From Lama glama (Eukaryota): a stretch of 64,000 nt of DNA. Position 1 is the first letter of the stretch. Each line of letters starts with the position of its first letter. Location of the stretch: contig CM052816.1 of the NCBI GenBank assembly GCA_028534125.1, positions 69,008,001 through 69,072,000 on the forward strand. The letters are read 5' to 3'. The notes beneath the pieces were generated by a model. That model was not told the DNA's origin and made no database searches. It worked only from the letters and a program-made list of their open reading frames with translations. A program made the position numbers and the translations under genes. This document shows, in pieces, positions 26,410 through 39,983 of the stretch.

Positions 26410-27059
26410 TTTACACAGAAATACATTCATGCAGGCAAATAGAACAGAAAGAAATGTGTTAAGAGTAGGTGGTTAAAAGAATCGATTAGAAATCTTGGAA
26501 CTATAAAATATTGTTATTAGATAAAATATTAGGTAAATGCAGTAGTATTAAGCAGTCCTGGATTACTGGATTCAGAGATAGAATTATGAATTAGTAGGTG
26601 ATACTGAGAAATTCAGCCAATGAAACATATGGAGACAATAGAAATCTTAATGACTATACTTAAATTTAAAAAAAGACACAATTGTGAACACAAAAACCAT
26701 TTTTTTAAGATTAGTAAAAATCATCATTGTATGTGTGCACATGTGTAAGCATGTACATGTTTAAAATAGATAAGACTGAATTTTGACAATATTACAATAG
26801 GAAATAATGTTGAAAGAGTAGTTGAAGTATGTATAGATCTTTCATTTGTTCAGAAGGAGGATAGAATAACTTCAGTAAGGGATATTCAATTAGTTTTAAA
26901 AACGCACATACTTAAGAGTAATCACAAAAATAAAAAATACAGCCAATAACTTCAAAACTTACTGAGGAAAAAAGAGAATGAATAAAGGAAATTTTACCAT
27001 CCTTTAAAAAAAATTTTTGCTTTCTGTTGAATTTATGAACAGAAAAAAATTTAAAGATA

Positions 27060-27395
27060 ATGGAAGAAATAAATTCAAATGGATCAGTAAGCTTAATAAA
27101 TGTAAGTTGATTCCATCCCCCTTCATTAAAAAAAATAGACTCACAGAGAAAAAAATGTGACAACAAATATATACATGTTCATGTATAACTGAAAAATTGT
27201 GCTCTACACTGGAATTTGATACAACATTGTAAAATGATTATAAATCAATAAAAAATGTTAAAAAAAATAGAGGTTATTAGTTTGGATAACAGAACCCCCA
27301 AATCTATCTGTTTTCAAAAGTCATACTGTAAAATAAAGTGATAAAAAAGGTTGAAAATAAAGGAATGGAAAAAATATCTTGGGAAAATATGGATA
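27060..27395 (+). mobile_element. Ancient degraded L1 ORF2 (endonuclease N-terminus) relic, interrupted by a younger L1 tail
   Basis: TAAATGTAAGTTGATT...CCCAAATCTATCTGTTTTCAAAAGTCATAC...GTTGAAAATAAAGGAATGGAAAAAATAT resembles the LNVNGLN...ICCLQETH...LKIKGWKKI region. Confidence 0.55.
27141..27267 (+). mobile_element. Young ~125-nt L1 3'-tail insertion, second copy
   Basis: Highly similar to 26109-26235; TSD TTAAAAAAAATAGA on both flanks. Confidence 0.82.
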
Positions 27396-30300
27396 GTAAT
27401 AATTGTATATTCATTTACTTTAGGATCATTTTAAAACTTCAAGGTGAAAATGGAAGTATTCCTGTAATCCCCTCTCTCCATATCACCAACAATAGTTTTA
27501 TGTATAAAATAATATGTTCTTCAATTCACCAAAAAAACCATACATACAATGCCATACATGAAGATGCAATTTATTCATATTTTCTCTGAATTATTTAGCT
27601 TTTAATGGTCTGTAACCTCATGACTCAGATTTTGAGGTCTAAGCTGGCAGCAGCAGTACTGGGTTCTGGGGACCTGTCAGTGCATCACAATACATCCATT
27701 TACTGAGGAGCACATCATACATGTGAAATCATATTAGTGAAGACAAAATTCTAATCCTAAAAACAAATAGTTATTGGGTGTATTGTTTTGCCTTACAGCA
27801 AATATGTTTCACCCAAAGTAGAGCCTGAGATAAAGTCTTGCATGTAGATATTTTAAAGTATTCTCAGGGAGCAGGAGAGAGGGGTAGAGAAAAAAACAGG
27901 GAAGCAGGAAAAAGCGTAATTAGAATGTGTTGTCAAGTTGACCCGTTTGGGGCAATTGGTTCTCCATCCATGGGTCTTGTTAGGAACTTTATGAACTGTA
28001 TCTCAGAACAATACTGTCGTGAGGGTGAAGCATGGATTCATTAGCGCCCATTCTCCGTTAGTCATGGCAAACCCTTGAGGGTATCAACTGCTACATTTCT
28101 AGGCTGTTCTTGCTCCCGTCTATATGCAACTTCACAGTGATGGAGAAGCCTTCAGCCACGAAGTGAGAGGTCCTTGGCATGGATCTGAGGGGAAGTACTG
28201 AAAGTTACACCTCAGAAGCTTATCAAAGCCCCAGTGGAACTGGTTGCATCTTCAGTGGCTGAAATAAAGGAGGATGAAGAGGATCTGAGATCACATACAA
28301 GGTCTTGGGTACAGATTTCAACTTTTCATTTTCAGAGAAAAATACATTCAAATAGTCTATGCAGCAGATGCAGGTTAACTGAGTTAAAATAGAGGACCAC
28401 TCTGATAGATTTTATCTCCAGATTATCCCCTCAGTTTATATACTTAGACCTGGTTGCCCTCTATTTGAATAATGAGAGCCTATGCTACTCTATGCCATTT
28501 CAGTAAACAGAAAAACAATTTAGGAGGAGGATGGAAGATTCAAGTTGGAGGTTAGAAAGGAAGGCAATGAGTATGGATAGAAACTGCCAAAATTAATTTA
28601 AAACCACTTTGGAATGTTCACTTTCTCTTGGTTGATTCTAGCATTTGATTGCCTGAAGAATGGCTTTGACTGGGGTGGCATGCCACCACTCAGTGCTCCT
28701 TGTACGTCAGCCCCAGGAGACTGGCTTTCTCCTTGCCAGCCCATTCAGCCTTGCTTTTCATGTAGCTCAGGCACTGAACTCTGGCCAAACAGGCTGTGGT
28801 GACAATAACTGGCTTGGTTTCACTCAGTGGCAGTGGTAAAAATTATAGCAACTTGGACAGAAAAATGCCCTTTGGAGCCTCGCCTCCTAAAAGAGACAAT
28901 GTAATTGATAGGCATGTAAAGGTTGTGTGACGTTTCTAGTACAATCTGGCTTCTCTCTCTAGTTCTTGATGTGCCCAGAGTGCCTGATCGTCCATACTGT
29001 AGGACTGCCCCCGGCTAACCCTTAAGTACACCTGGCTAGGATGGAAGAGGTAAGAGGCAGTAAGTCAGAGTGATGACGTAGGAAAGAATATTACTACTGC
29101 AATATCTGATGCCAGAATTTCCCTTGGAGAAAAATCAGTCGATGGAAAAAGCCTGGAAGGGCTGATAGCTTTAGAGAAGAGAGAAGAATTCCTCTGCATG
29201 AAGAAGAAAAGGCATTTACTGTGTCTCTAGATGGGGAGAGAGGGTCATCTGATTTTGGCTCCATGATACTGGACTCTGACCACAACACAAAATTCTGTGT
29301 TGCTGGAATACATACCGTGCTTTGCCACCTCCTCGTCACTGCTTTCTTGTTTTCCTGATACTGAAGCCTCTTTTCTTATAGCCTCTTAGCTGTTCTTATG
29401 CTACTTAATCTTCAAATCACATATATGCCTATGTGTATAAATATACATATATACACATATTTTTGTGCATAAATACATGCATATGCATAAACACTCAATA
29501 TATACTGATCAACGTTTAATAACAAGCTTTCTGCGGGGAAAGCCTCAATTTGTAGTGTTTTCTGATATTCATGATATAAATATTTCACCATAGCTGATTC
29601 CATGCTCTGAATTTGGTATCACGGGACTAGGGGTTGAGAGGAGAGACATACTCTGAGCTTTTCTTCAGCCAGTGGGGACTGCCTCCAGCACAGCACTGAT
29701 ATATACACTTATATGTACGGATATGTACATACACACGTGCATGTTTGTGTCTTTGTATTTTTATTGTGTGTATTAGTATAATTGTTTAAATACCCTGGCA
29801 ACTCATATTAACTCTTTTTTAGGACCTACCTAAAATTGTCTTTGACCTCTGAGATAAAATAATGTAAGATAGCATCATCTAAGTAGAAATTTAACATCCT
29901 TTCCCTAAAATGAAAGTGAGAGCAATAGTGAGCGAGAGAAGAGATTATCGTATATATTATTCATCTTCCTGCATTAAAATATTTTAATTTTATTTTCATC
30001 ATCTTCATTAAAGGTGATGTATAGACAAAAATAAAATATGACTGCCTGCTTTAATTTGGGGGTTCAACTTTGTTTTCCATCTTTGATTCATTAGATTTAT
30101 GTATGTCAGGGCTTCTATAAGATGCCAGTGGAGACAACTTAAAAGAAAGGTGAAATGACTGAATATTCACAGGAATTCTGGGCAACCTTCCAATAGCTAC
30201 CCAGACACAAGAGTTATTTAACACTTAAATAGTTCTAAAAAAGCAAAGCTTGGATAGCTCTTTCAGGCTTGATACAAAGTTCTTTTTCCCTTATAGCTTT

Positions 30301-32605
30301 ATGTACATATTTAAAGTTTCTCTAAGGAGAAATGTCAGAAAAATCAAGAATATATGTTACAGCCAAAGAACCAAATTTAAACACAGGTTTGCAGTTAGGA
30401 AAAACAATTACCAAGTTTATTTCTGTAATCTTCCTAGTTTGGAAGGCTGGTGTGTTCATTTAGGCCATTTAGACATGAACACATTTTAATTTCATAAGGC
30501 TTGCATTTCCCATCAGGAAGCTGGATGTAAGTGGTATGTCTAAGCATTAAGATATTTATTAAGTCAAGTATCCTTATTTAAGCAATTAGCTTTGCAAATA
30601 GAAGGTTAAACAGAAGTCCAGTGTAGAATGATTTCTTTTCCCCTGCAGGCAATCACCATTTTCTGGACTTCAGCCATGACATATGTACCTATGACTTGGA
30701 ATGAGGACTGTTCATTGGAAGCTCTGGTGCTGTGGCATCCCTGTTCAGAAAACCTCCCTCGTTCCCACTGACTAGAGCAGAGATCCCCTACCCCCCTTCC
30801 CACCCATGTGCCGTGGGATCCAGCTGTGCACAGGAAATGATAGATGTGCTGAGATGTTGATCCCCTTGGCCTTTGGGGAGCTCCAGGCTATGGCCTCCAG
30901 CCAAAGGCAGTCTCACCCACTTATTCCAGTGTGCTGTGCAAACATGACTCTTTTCTATGTGTGCCATGACAGGGAAAGGGCGGAGGCCCTGGCCCTGGTC
31001 ACAAGATCTAACTCTTTGCATGGCATTAAAGGTCTTATGATCTTGTTTTCCCGGTGAGCCTGACGTCTCTAAGTTCTCATTTACAGCCCTTTCCATATTC
31101 CCTGGGCTCCCATCTTTTCCTAAAACCCTTCACTTTTGCCTCCCATGCTTTGCTCTTTCCATTTCCTCCACTTAGAAAGCCCTTCCTCCTCTTCTGCAGA
31201 GTGGATCTCTTATGAGCCTTTAAAAGACAGAGCCCATGCTGTCTCCTTCGTGAAATCATAAGTAATCTCTCAGTCTGAATTGTTTCTCCTTCCTCTGCGC
31301 TTCCTTTTAAGTTTGCTTGTTCCCCTCTTACGCACTTGTCATGTTTTCCCTTGTGTTAGTTATTTGCACTCTTATTTTATCACCCCTTCTAGAGTGTAAA
31401 CGACTCAAGAGTGAAAGCCATTTTATTTGTCATCACTTCCCTCCTGGTGCCAGCTGGGTCTTGCACATTCAGTAAACGCTGGTTAAACTGAATCGACTCT
31501 GCAAATACAAGAGGGAGAAGATCCATTCGTATTTATTGTGTGTCTGCCTCGTGCCAAGTCCTGTGCTGGCATGTGAAATGGGATAATGTGTGCAGTCTCC
31601 ACAATACCCCTTGTAAGATAGGCAATTTGTAGATGCAGAAACGGAGGAACAGCAAGGTTAATTACCCCCAAATAATCGTTTTCATACTGGAAAAGAGAAC
31701 CTGTAGAAACTGCGCCATTCAAGTGTCCAACAGAGAACTTGGCTCTGTGATGGTTTCAGGGCTTTAATATCAATCACTCTGACCCTGCAAATCCCCAAAG
31801 AGCCAGGGGGAACAGCAGAGGCTTGCTGGAAGCCTGCTCAGAGGTTTGTCTGAGCTGGTAGAGTCCTGGCAAGAGTTCCATTTCATGAACTGAAAAAATC
31901 AATCATTCTTTCGTCAGAAAAGAACCCTTTCTCCCTAGAAGCAAATCTGAGATGACTAGGAATAAAAGGGATAGAACAAAAGTGATTTTCTTCTTGGCTT
32001 GGAAATAATTTTCCAGTGAAGCTTAAGTGGAAAAATAGAACCAACTGTGTGCAAATTATAGATACTCTGTTTGGATAGATGTTTCTCCTCTGTTCTTTTT
32101 CATTTGTTACACTGTGATTTTACTTATTCTGTTAAGCTTTCATTAATATTACTTCTTAAGGAATAGAGTTTTGAAAACAATACCTAAATTAGATGACTTA
32201 AAAATTAGATTATATAGATTCAATTACATTCTTTTCCGATAAGGAGCTTCAGTGTACAAGGTCCAGTGGCTTTGACTGGCCGAGACATGTTGGACAAGCA
32301 TTTTAACGCTGAGTGTTGGCTACCTCATCTCTAAAGCAAGATGAAAACTGGTGATGGAGGATCCTAGAGTTGACAATGAGTCGACAAGTCTAGTTTCCCT
32401 GGGGCTTTCCATACACCGATTGTCCTTCCGTGTGACTTTCAGGTGCTGTGGCCTCCAGAGCCTCGCGCAGGGCCAATAATGTCAAATAACTGGTGGGAAT
32501 AGCCACTGGCTCTACTACTTTCGTGGTGCCGTCACATCACATGGGGCCTTCACAGCAACCTTGTGGAGTGGAGATTCTCAGCAGCATCCCTCATTTTATA
32601 GGCGT

Positions 32606-33105
32606 NNNNNNNNNNNNNNNNNNNNNNNNNNNNNNNNNNNNNNNNNNNNNNNNNNNNNNNNNNNNNNNNNNNNNNNNNNNNNNNNNNNNNNNNNNNNNNN
32701 NNNNNNNNNNNNNNNNNNNNNNNNNNNNNNNNNNNNNNNNNNNNNNNNNNNNNNNNNNNNNNNNNNNNNNNNNNNNNNNNNNNNNNNNNNNNNNNNNNNN
32801 NNNNNNNNNNNNNNNNNNNNNNNNNNNNNNNNNNNNNNNNNNNNNNNNNNNNNNNNNNNNNNNNNNNNNNNNNNNNNNNNNNNNNNNNNNNNNNNNNNNN
32901 NNNNNNNNNNNNNNNNNNNNNNNNNNNNNNNNNNNNNNNNNNNNNNNNNNNNNNNNNNNNNNNNNNNNNNNNNNNNNNNNNNNNNNNNNNNNNNNNNNNN
33001 NNNNNNNNNNNNNNNNNNNNNNNNNNNNNNNNNNNNNNNNNNNNNNNNNNNNNNNNNNNNNNNNNNNNNNNNNNNNNNNNNNNNNNNNNNNNNNNNNNNN
33101 NNNNN
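32606..33105. other. Assembly gap (500 N)
   Basis: Run of exactly 500 N. Confidence 0.99.
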
Positions 33106-33129
33106 TTGAGACTTACTTTGAGCCATAGA

Positions 33130-33512
33130 TGGCCAGAACTGACACTGAGCCAGTGCTAGGCCAGCCCTTCGAGAAGCTAGGCCGCCCTTCCCTCCCTTGG
33201 AGAAGCTGGAGGCCATGCTGTAGAGAAGCAGAGCCTGGACTCCCGAAGAAGCAGTGACCAGGTGGAAAGAGAGAAACCATGTGGAGGGGCACCGAGGGAC
33301 AGGACATGTGAGGGAGGCCTCCTTGGACCTTCCAGCCCAGTCACCTGCCAGCGGAAGGCAGCTGAGTCAGGGACCCCAGCCAATGCCTGGTGGAGCAGAA
33401 CTGCCCACCGAAGTCCAGACTCACTGTCTGACCCATGGAACTGTGAGAAAGAACAGATCGTGGTTGTTCTAGCCAGTAGGTGTTGCGGCGGTTTGTTACT
33501 GAGCAATAGATC
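33130..33512 (+). mobile_element. MLT1 (ERVL-MaLR) LTR fragment
   Basis: GGAGCAGAACTGCCCA...CTGACCCATGGAACTGTGAGA...GTTTGTTACTGAGCAATAGA resembles an MLT1 3' end. Confidence 0.7.
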
Positions 33513-36500
33513 TTCCTGAAACACGACGTATCCCTCGGTAGCTCCTGTGAAGGGAAGTCAACCTTGTCTGTATTCTTGACGTTAATTCCACAAAGATGAT
33601 GACAGTGGAAAGTTAACCAGAGCAAGTAGGGTTGAAAAGGGTAGTAGCAATTTAAAAGATGGAGCCCTTAGACTTATAGCCTCTTTCCATTTTTCTCTTC
33701 AGAAATAGCTTCTTCTGCTCATTGGAAAATGGCATCTGCTGGGTCCATTCAAGTGAATCTCAAATCTTCATTCAATTCCATTAAAAAATTACTTCCTGAG
33801 CCCCTTCTTTGTACCAGGTTCTGTCCTGGTTGCTGGAGGCACAGCACTGGACGGGAGGGACAGGACCTCTGTTCCAATGGAGCCAGCACGGAAATGACGA
33901 ATATGAAGGATGTCACAAAGGGAGGCCAGGGAATGTTTCTCAGGGGAAGCAACCTTTAGGTTGAGACTGGATGAGGAGTAGAACTCAGCCAGGTGAAAGG
34001 GCAAAGGGAGGCGGAGGTGCTGGGGAGAGCCAGGCCGAGGCAGTGGGAGGAGCAGCAGAGATGTCCTCGGGTGACGGCCCCCCTCAACCCCCCCACCCCC
34101 TGCTCAGCTGAGGGTCTGACATCACACTGTCCAGCCCCGCGCGCCATTTCCAGCACCCCTTGTTTTCACTCTCCTTCCAGAATCAAGGCCCACACTGGAG
34201 CTTGAAATGATCGTGTGGGTGTTTCTTTCCGCCCAGTCCTCTTTCCCTTTCAGATGTGGGTTCCGCTCTGATTTCTCGGCTCCCCAGGTGGCGATGTTCC
34301 CATCAGTCAGAGTCCCCTGGGCTCTGCTTTCAGGGATCCTATGACGAGAGTTTTCTTTGCTTCTGGGCACTGGGGCTTTTATTGTTTCCCTGAGCTCAGT
34401 CTCCTTTTCCAATCAGCACACGTGAACTCATTCTCTCTCTGCCTGTTTCTCTCTCATTCGATTTAATACACACAGGCACACACATTGGTTCCATGATATC
34501 TTTTCAAGTCAAGAGTTCATGCTCTCTCTTTCTCTTTTCAGACCACTACGGTCATCCTTTGAAAAGGTCATGGCTCTCTGAGATTTTTTTTCCTCTGTAG
34601 TCATCAAACATGGACTGTACCACTTATCCAAGATTATGAATCAATGAGACACATACCTTATTTGAGAATGTTTCATGATTTATAAGCTGGGAAAAATAAT
34701 ACCTGCCTCTTCAAAGAGTTATTGTGAGGAATAAATTGATTGATATTCATGAAAATAGTATTCAAATGGTTACTTATTACTCTTCCTGGTCAGGGAATCC
34801 CAAGTAGACTGTGTCTGATAAAAGCATGAATCATGATATTGAAAAGGTTAAAACAAAAATTGCAAGAACATCTATCAGCCGGGTGGAAGCTGCTGTGTCA
34901 GCCTTGGACAACAATCATAGATTATTTGGTGAACATCTAAAGGCTGGAGCCCCTGGACAATACGCTCGGTGAGTGGTCAGAACAGCACTACACAGATGGT
35001 GGGAACATAATGGACACATTCTGCCTCTGTGGATGTTGATGGTGGTGGTGATGGTGATGATCACATCAGAGGCCTTTGCACATGTGAAGGCTGGTGCATA
35101 AAAGTGCTGCTGGCGGTTGCAAAGATGGAGCCATTTTCCTAATGATGCTCTCCGGAGGTCTTCTCATGTCTGGATTCACTGATGTACAGACAATTATTTT
35201 CCACTGATCTGGTTCTACTCTTTGGCTGTCCAATTTACTGCCTGACTGCAGAGGTAATCAGCAGGTGTTTACAGTGGAATTTTGCTTGTTGGCTGAGCAC
35301 CAAGCCTCAGAGCTGCGTCTGGAGGGTCCTGGGTGATTAACCACACAGCTCTCTTTCAATGAACCAGTTTTCAAGGGACTCAGTGATGATGGGCTGATGT
35401 CTTATGAAATATTCTTGTGGATCTGAATAGAGAATAATGGGCCACTTTTCATGATTCAGGACACATGACCACCTTGACTGTACAGTCAAATTTTCAGGGA
35501 AAAAAAAAAAGATGAGTTTTAGGAGAAAGCCAGGTGAAACAGGATAGTCACCACTTCATCAAGCAATACTAACCTGCCATCTTTTAGACATCTCTGGTGG
35601 CAGTTAAAGCTCTTGGAGAAAGTACACTGAGATTGCTGTGTTACCAAGGTTCAATTTAGATTACTAACACGGTTCAATAAATTAACGTTTGGGTGACAAT
35701 TCCCATCTGGGGACTAGTTTGATTCCTGCCTTATGTTAAAGTACACATTGTTTCTCTAGGAGATACAACAAGGCTACAGTGTGATAAGATAATCCCTGGT
35801 TCAGCTTCCACAAGCAAAAGCACTAGATCCTTACCATTGCCACAGACTGCTCATTGCTCATTGCTCATTGCCTCAGACTGGAAAATAAAAGAAGGCGCTG
35901 TGGAAACCCCTGAGGACCAAGGATTGAATAGATCGGGCTAGGGGGAAGGCAGGGGGAGGAAATTCCAGTTCGGATCAATGGTGCTCTGCTCTGTTACCTA
36001 ACTCTCTGCTGTGGTCTATTTGCCTACTAAATGTCTTATGCTGAAAATTCTGCATGAACACTGATACACTCTATTGAATTGGAAAATTCACTTTGGAGCC
36101 TTTCTCATCCCATCCTGCAGGAACCCTCCGCAGCACCAAGTTTGGGAATTTCAGTCTTCCTTGTCATTTTCTATTGTCCCCCACTGAAAGCAGGACCTGC
36201 ATCAGGCAGACAAAGCCTGGTAAGGAAGCTGGGGTCACATATCAGCTTTTCTTCTCTCTGGGAGTTTTCAAACACCCAAGTAAAGCAAAGTTTCCCCTAT
36301 GGAGCCCAAACAGCTTAAGTTTCCAGTTTAAAGCCAGAAGATTCCTATTATGCAAGTTGTCCCCACTATTTTTCTCACTTCCCATTGGAATGTTGATCTT
36401 AAGCAACTGTCTCTTCTACAAAAATATACAGGGCATCTTTTAGCACAATATCCCTTTTTATTTCATTTGGCTGGGTAAAGGCAGCTTTGTAAAAGGGAAT

Positions 36501-36675
36501 TGGGAACTTGTCAACTGAATTTTGGTTAATTTCTCTTGAGTTTAAAGAGACTAGATTACTGTTCCCTTCCTCTTCCTAGAAGTGAGACCGAAATTCAGTC
36601 ATATTTCACAGAACTTGTTGGACATAGATCTGGGCACATTAAAGTAGCAGAAAGCTCTTTTCTTAAAACCTAATG

Positions 36676-36690
36676 GCGCCCTCAAGCGGC
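36676..36690 (-). promoter_or_regulatory. CTCF-like motif, reverse orientation
   Basis: GCGCCCTCAAGCGGC versus reverse consensus GCGCCC(C/T)CT(A/G)GTGG; both CpGs retained in CpG-poor surroundings. Confidence 0.45.
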
Positions 36691-38216
36691 ATGTTCCATT
36701 TCAAGACTCTAAACCTGATGACAAGACTTGGAGAAGCTTTGCTTCTTAGAAATGTAAGAAATTATTTTTTCAGTAATCAAAGCTGTCAGTTCAGTTTATT
36801 ATCTTTTAAGATGACTGCCCAAATTCTCCCTTGCTAGCCTTCGGTTCCTGGGGAACTTGAGATGTGTCTCGCTAGCTGCTTCACTGAGAACAGAACTTAG
36901 ATAAATGCACTGATGCTATGGGTGGGCTCTAAGAACATTCTCACAGGAAGGGTGAGGTCACGCTTAGAATCAGTTACTATGCTGAGCTGAGGTTTGAGCA
37001 AGGGAGGAAACTTGGGAAAATCGATACAGGCTTTGAAACAGCACGCCCTTGGCCTTCTTCCCCCTACACGTGCAGTTTCAAGAAAGCACAGTGATTTATA
37101 CTTCACAAGGTAGTAAATATAGCTGAATTCTTTGGTTTCCTCTCAAGTGTCAGTGGTCAGGTTACTGGTGGGATGAACAAACCATTTCAGTCATTATTTT
37201 TCAAAGCTGAATTAGAACACAAAACCTTTGAAGCATTCTAAGTAGATGGATTCAGAGCTTCCTATAGGCTGGCAAACATTCACCAGACCTACTCACACTC
37301 CCCAGTACCATGGGAGTGAGGCCAGCAAAGAGATGTGGCTGGACAGTCCAGTCTTTGTTGCATGGGGTTTTTTGGTTTTGTTTTGTTTTGCTACTTGACC
37401 CAAAGAATTAGCTCCCTAAGAGCTGAGAAGCACTGAAACTCCCCTTACTCCACCAGGATGAGTGGTTTGATCAACAGTCAGCCCAGACCTAGCTTGGCAC
37501 ATGCAGACATGGTCTGTGGTCTGGGAGATGCAAATTGCTTCACTCAACATCTGTCAGGGGACTTTCCTGATAATTCTGGCCATTTATACAGGCCCAAAGT
37601 AAGAGTCATAGCAAGTCTCTGAAAGCTTAAAAACTACAGGAGTAATAAAGAAAAGCTTTACTGATGTCCCTTCATTGCTTGGAGAATGGAGGATCAATTT
37701 CAGGAGGGTGTCCTGGAGATTTATGCACAAGCAAGGAGGTTCTTCGGCTTCAGAGACACCAGGATTGAGCTGTTGTTGCTACACTCATTGGTATTTCCAG
37801 GAGAGCAATGAAGATACCACTCTGCTAATTCTGGGAGCACAAGTCGCCACACTGACTTGGGAGACTGAAGGAGTGGAGAAAGAGAAAACATAAATATAGG
37901 TGTGTTTAGTTGACACAAGGGAAAAGAGTTCCCTGGTTCTCTTGCTCCCTCTTCTGGGAAGGGAACTGTGTACTCTTGCCACACAAAGCTGTTTCTGTAA
38001 AGTTCTAAAACTTTACAGAAGGTTGGAGGGGTTTCATCATGAGGGGAAAAGCCTCATGCTCCGTGCTTTCTCATAAATTCGTGTGTGAGGGAGGAGGGCA
38101 CAGCCCCGTAAAGGATAAGACATCCCTTCTAGCTCTTTCCAAGAAAGCTGAGCAGGCAGTGGGGAGAGGATTGAGACCTGGAGATGCTCACTGGGATTTA
38201 GGCTTCTGATTCACAC

Positions 38217-38234
38217 TGGCCACTGGAGGGCGCT
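38217..38234 (+). promoter_or_regulatory. CTCF-like motif, forward orientation
   Basis: TGGCCACTGGAGGGCGCT versus consensus TGGCCAC(C/T)AG(A/G)(G/T)GGCGC. Confidence 0.55.
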
Positions 38235-38296
38235 CGTTAGTTGTCACTGCCCAGAAGCTCTGACAGGCCTTCTCAGATGCAGGTCCAGATGAACTG

Positions 38297-38523
38297 CAGG
38301 GTTTCTCAGCCTCAGCACTGGTTATATTTTGAACTAGATAATCTTTGTGGTGAGGGGGCTGCCTTGTGCACTGTAGCGTGTATAATAGCATATCTGGCCT
38401 TTAACCACTAAATACAGTAGCCCCTGAGATCCCCCCATGCCCCCCAATCAGTCATGACAAAAAATATCCCCCGAATTGCAAAATGTCTGGGGGCACAAAA
38501 TCGTCTTCCACTGACAATCATTT
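38297..38523. mobile_element. MER20-like hAT-Charlie element
   Basis: CAGGGTTTCTCAGCCTCAGCACTG...ATAATCTTTGTGGTGAGGGG...GTGCACTGTAG...TGACAAAAAATAT...TTGCAAAATGTC. Confidence 0.8.
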
Positions 38524-39952
38524 GTGTATTGAATGTTGGGTTCTAAGGCTCAAATTCTCTTTCCCTAAACTCTTGTTTAGCCCAGGGTCAAAGGACAACT
38601 GCATAGACATGAGTGGCTCTGGCCAATATCTGCAGTCATACCCCAGTTAAACCGCAAACACGGGGCTCCCAGTCGGATACAATACAGGTGCACACCCTGC
38701 CTTCTCCGCACTTGTCTTTGCCCTCTCTTTAAAACCTCTTCCTCCAGCTCCACCCAAGAGGGCAGACTACTAGGAAGTGAGGCATTTTGTCAATTAATTT
38801 ACACAAAGTTTTCTTTTTCATCTGGAATATTTCTGGGCATCATCACGCTGAGGGATATGCACATTTAAAATGAGAGAACTTCCTGAAAGAGGATGTGGTC
38901 TCAATCTAGTAAATGAGTCTCTAACAACAGAATTCCAGGTACCATGGGATCTGTAGAATGGGGATATTAATATTTATCTCATGAAGTTATAATGTGGATT
39001 AAATAAGTAGAGCACTTAGAACAGTGCCTTACAAAAAGTAAACACTCTAAAAATACTAGTTGTTTTTGTTGTTACTATTACTTTAATTATCTATCCAAGA
39101 GATGTGTTTGGGAAGAGGTAGGCTAGCTTCTGGCCTGAACCAGCTTCCTATAAAACTACCCTTGTCTGGAACATCTGACCTTCATGCAGTGTCAGGATCC
39201 CTGGAACAGACGTGCCGGTGGAACAGAGCTCAATGCTGAAAACTAATCCACCTTAAAACTCCCCTTGGAAGTCACCTTTGAATATTCTACCCTGAGTTTA
39301 AACCTCATTGAATAAATGAATGAATGAGCTATAGAGAAAATGGAAATAAATATTTGTGAAGCATCTATTCCATGCAAGGTGCCATGAGGCTATCTAGAAT
39401 ATTAGACATAATTGCAATGAGTAACAAAGACGCTGGCACTCAAATCACCAGGATGCAGCAGGGCTAATGAGAGTATAGTGAAAGGTGTACGGGGGTGACC
39501 AGGTGACGGAGAGGGAGGATGACTCCCCACACTGCAGTGTGGTGGTGGGTCTGGGCCGGGGGGAAGCACTGTGCACCTTTATTTTGGACCTGGTATTATT
39601 GTGTTACTAGGAAGCGGTAGCCCCTTGATCTCTGAGTCTCAGACTCAACGCAGGGCATGTCTCACCTGCGCCATTTTCACAGCAACACCTGGAGACTCTG
39701 ACACCTCAAACTCACACAAGGACCTAATCATCTTTTCTGAACCCTCCCGTCATGTCCCGGCATTCAGGTTCTCAATGGTTTCTGAGAAATGCTTCATGGA
39801 GAGTAAATGATCTAAATTGCAAGTTTTGCTGAGCCAGGGAAATAAGAGCCTTGGTGAAAGTGCACAGCTGTTGCCTAATTTCCTCAGTTCTTCCAATGCA
39901 AGCAGAGAAGTACATTGAAGATATGTGGGAGGAGTATGCCGTGTGTGTCTGC

Positions 39953-39980
<28 letters not shown>
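39953..39980. repeat. (TG)14 microsatellite
   Basis: Direct reading. Confidence 0.95.

Positions 39981-39983
<3 letters not shown>

Noticed and set aside
32493..33216. ORFs of about 200 aa containing X runs (also 52110-52787)
   Set aside because: They span N gaps
35850..35870. (CTCATTG)3 mini tandem repeat
   Set aside because: Ordinary slippage repeat with no supporting context
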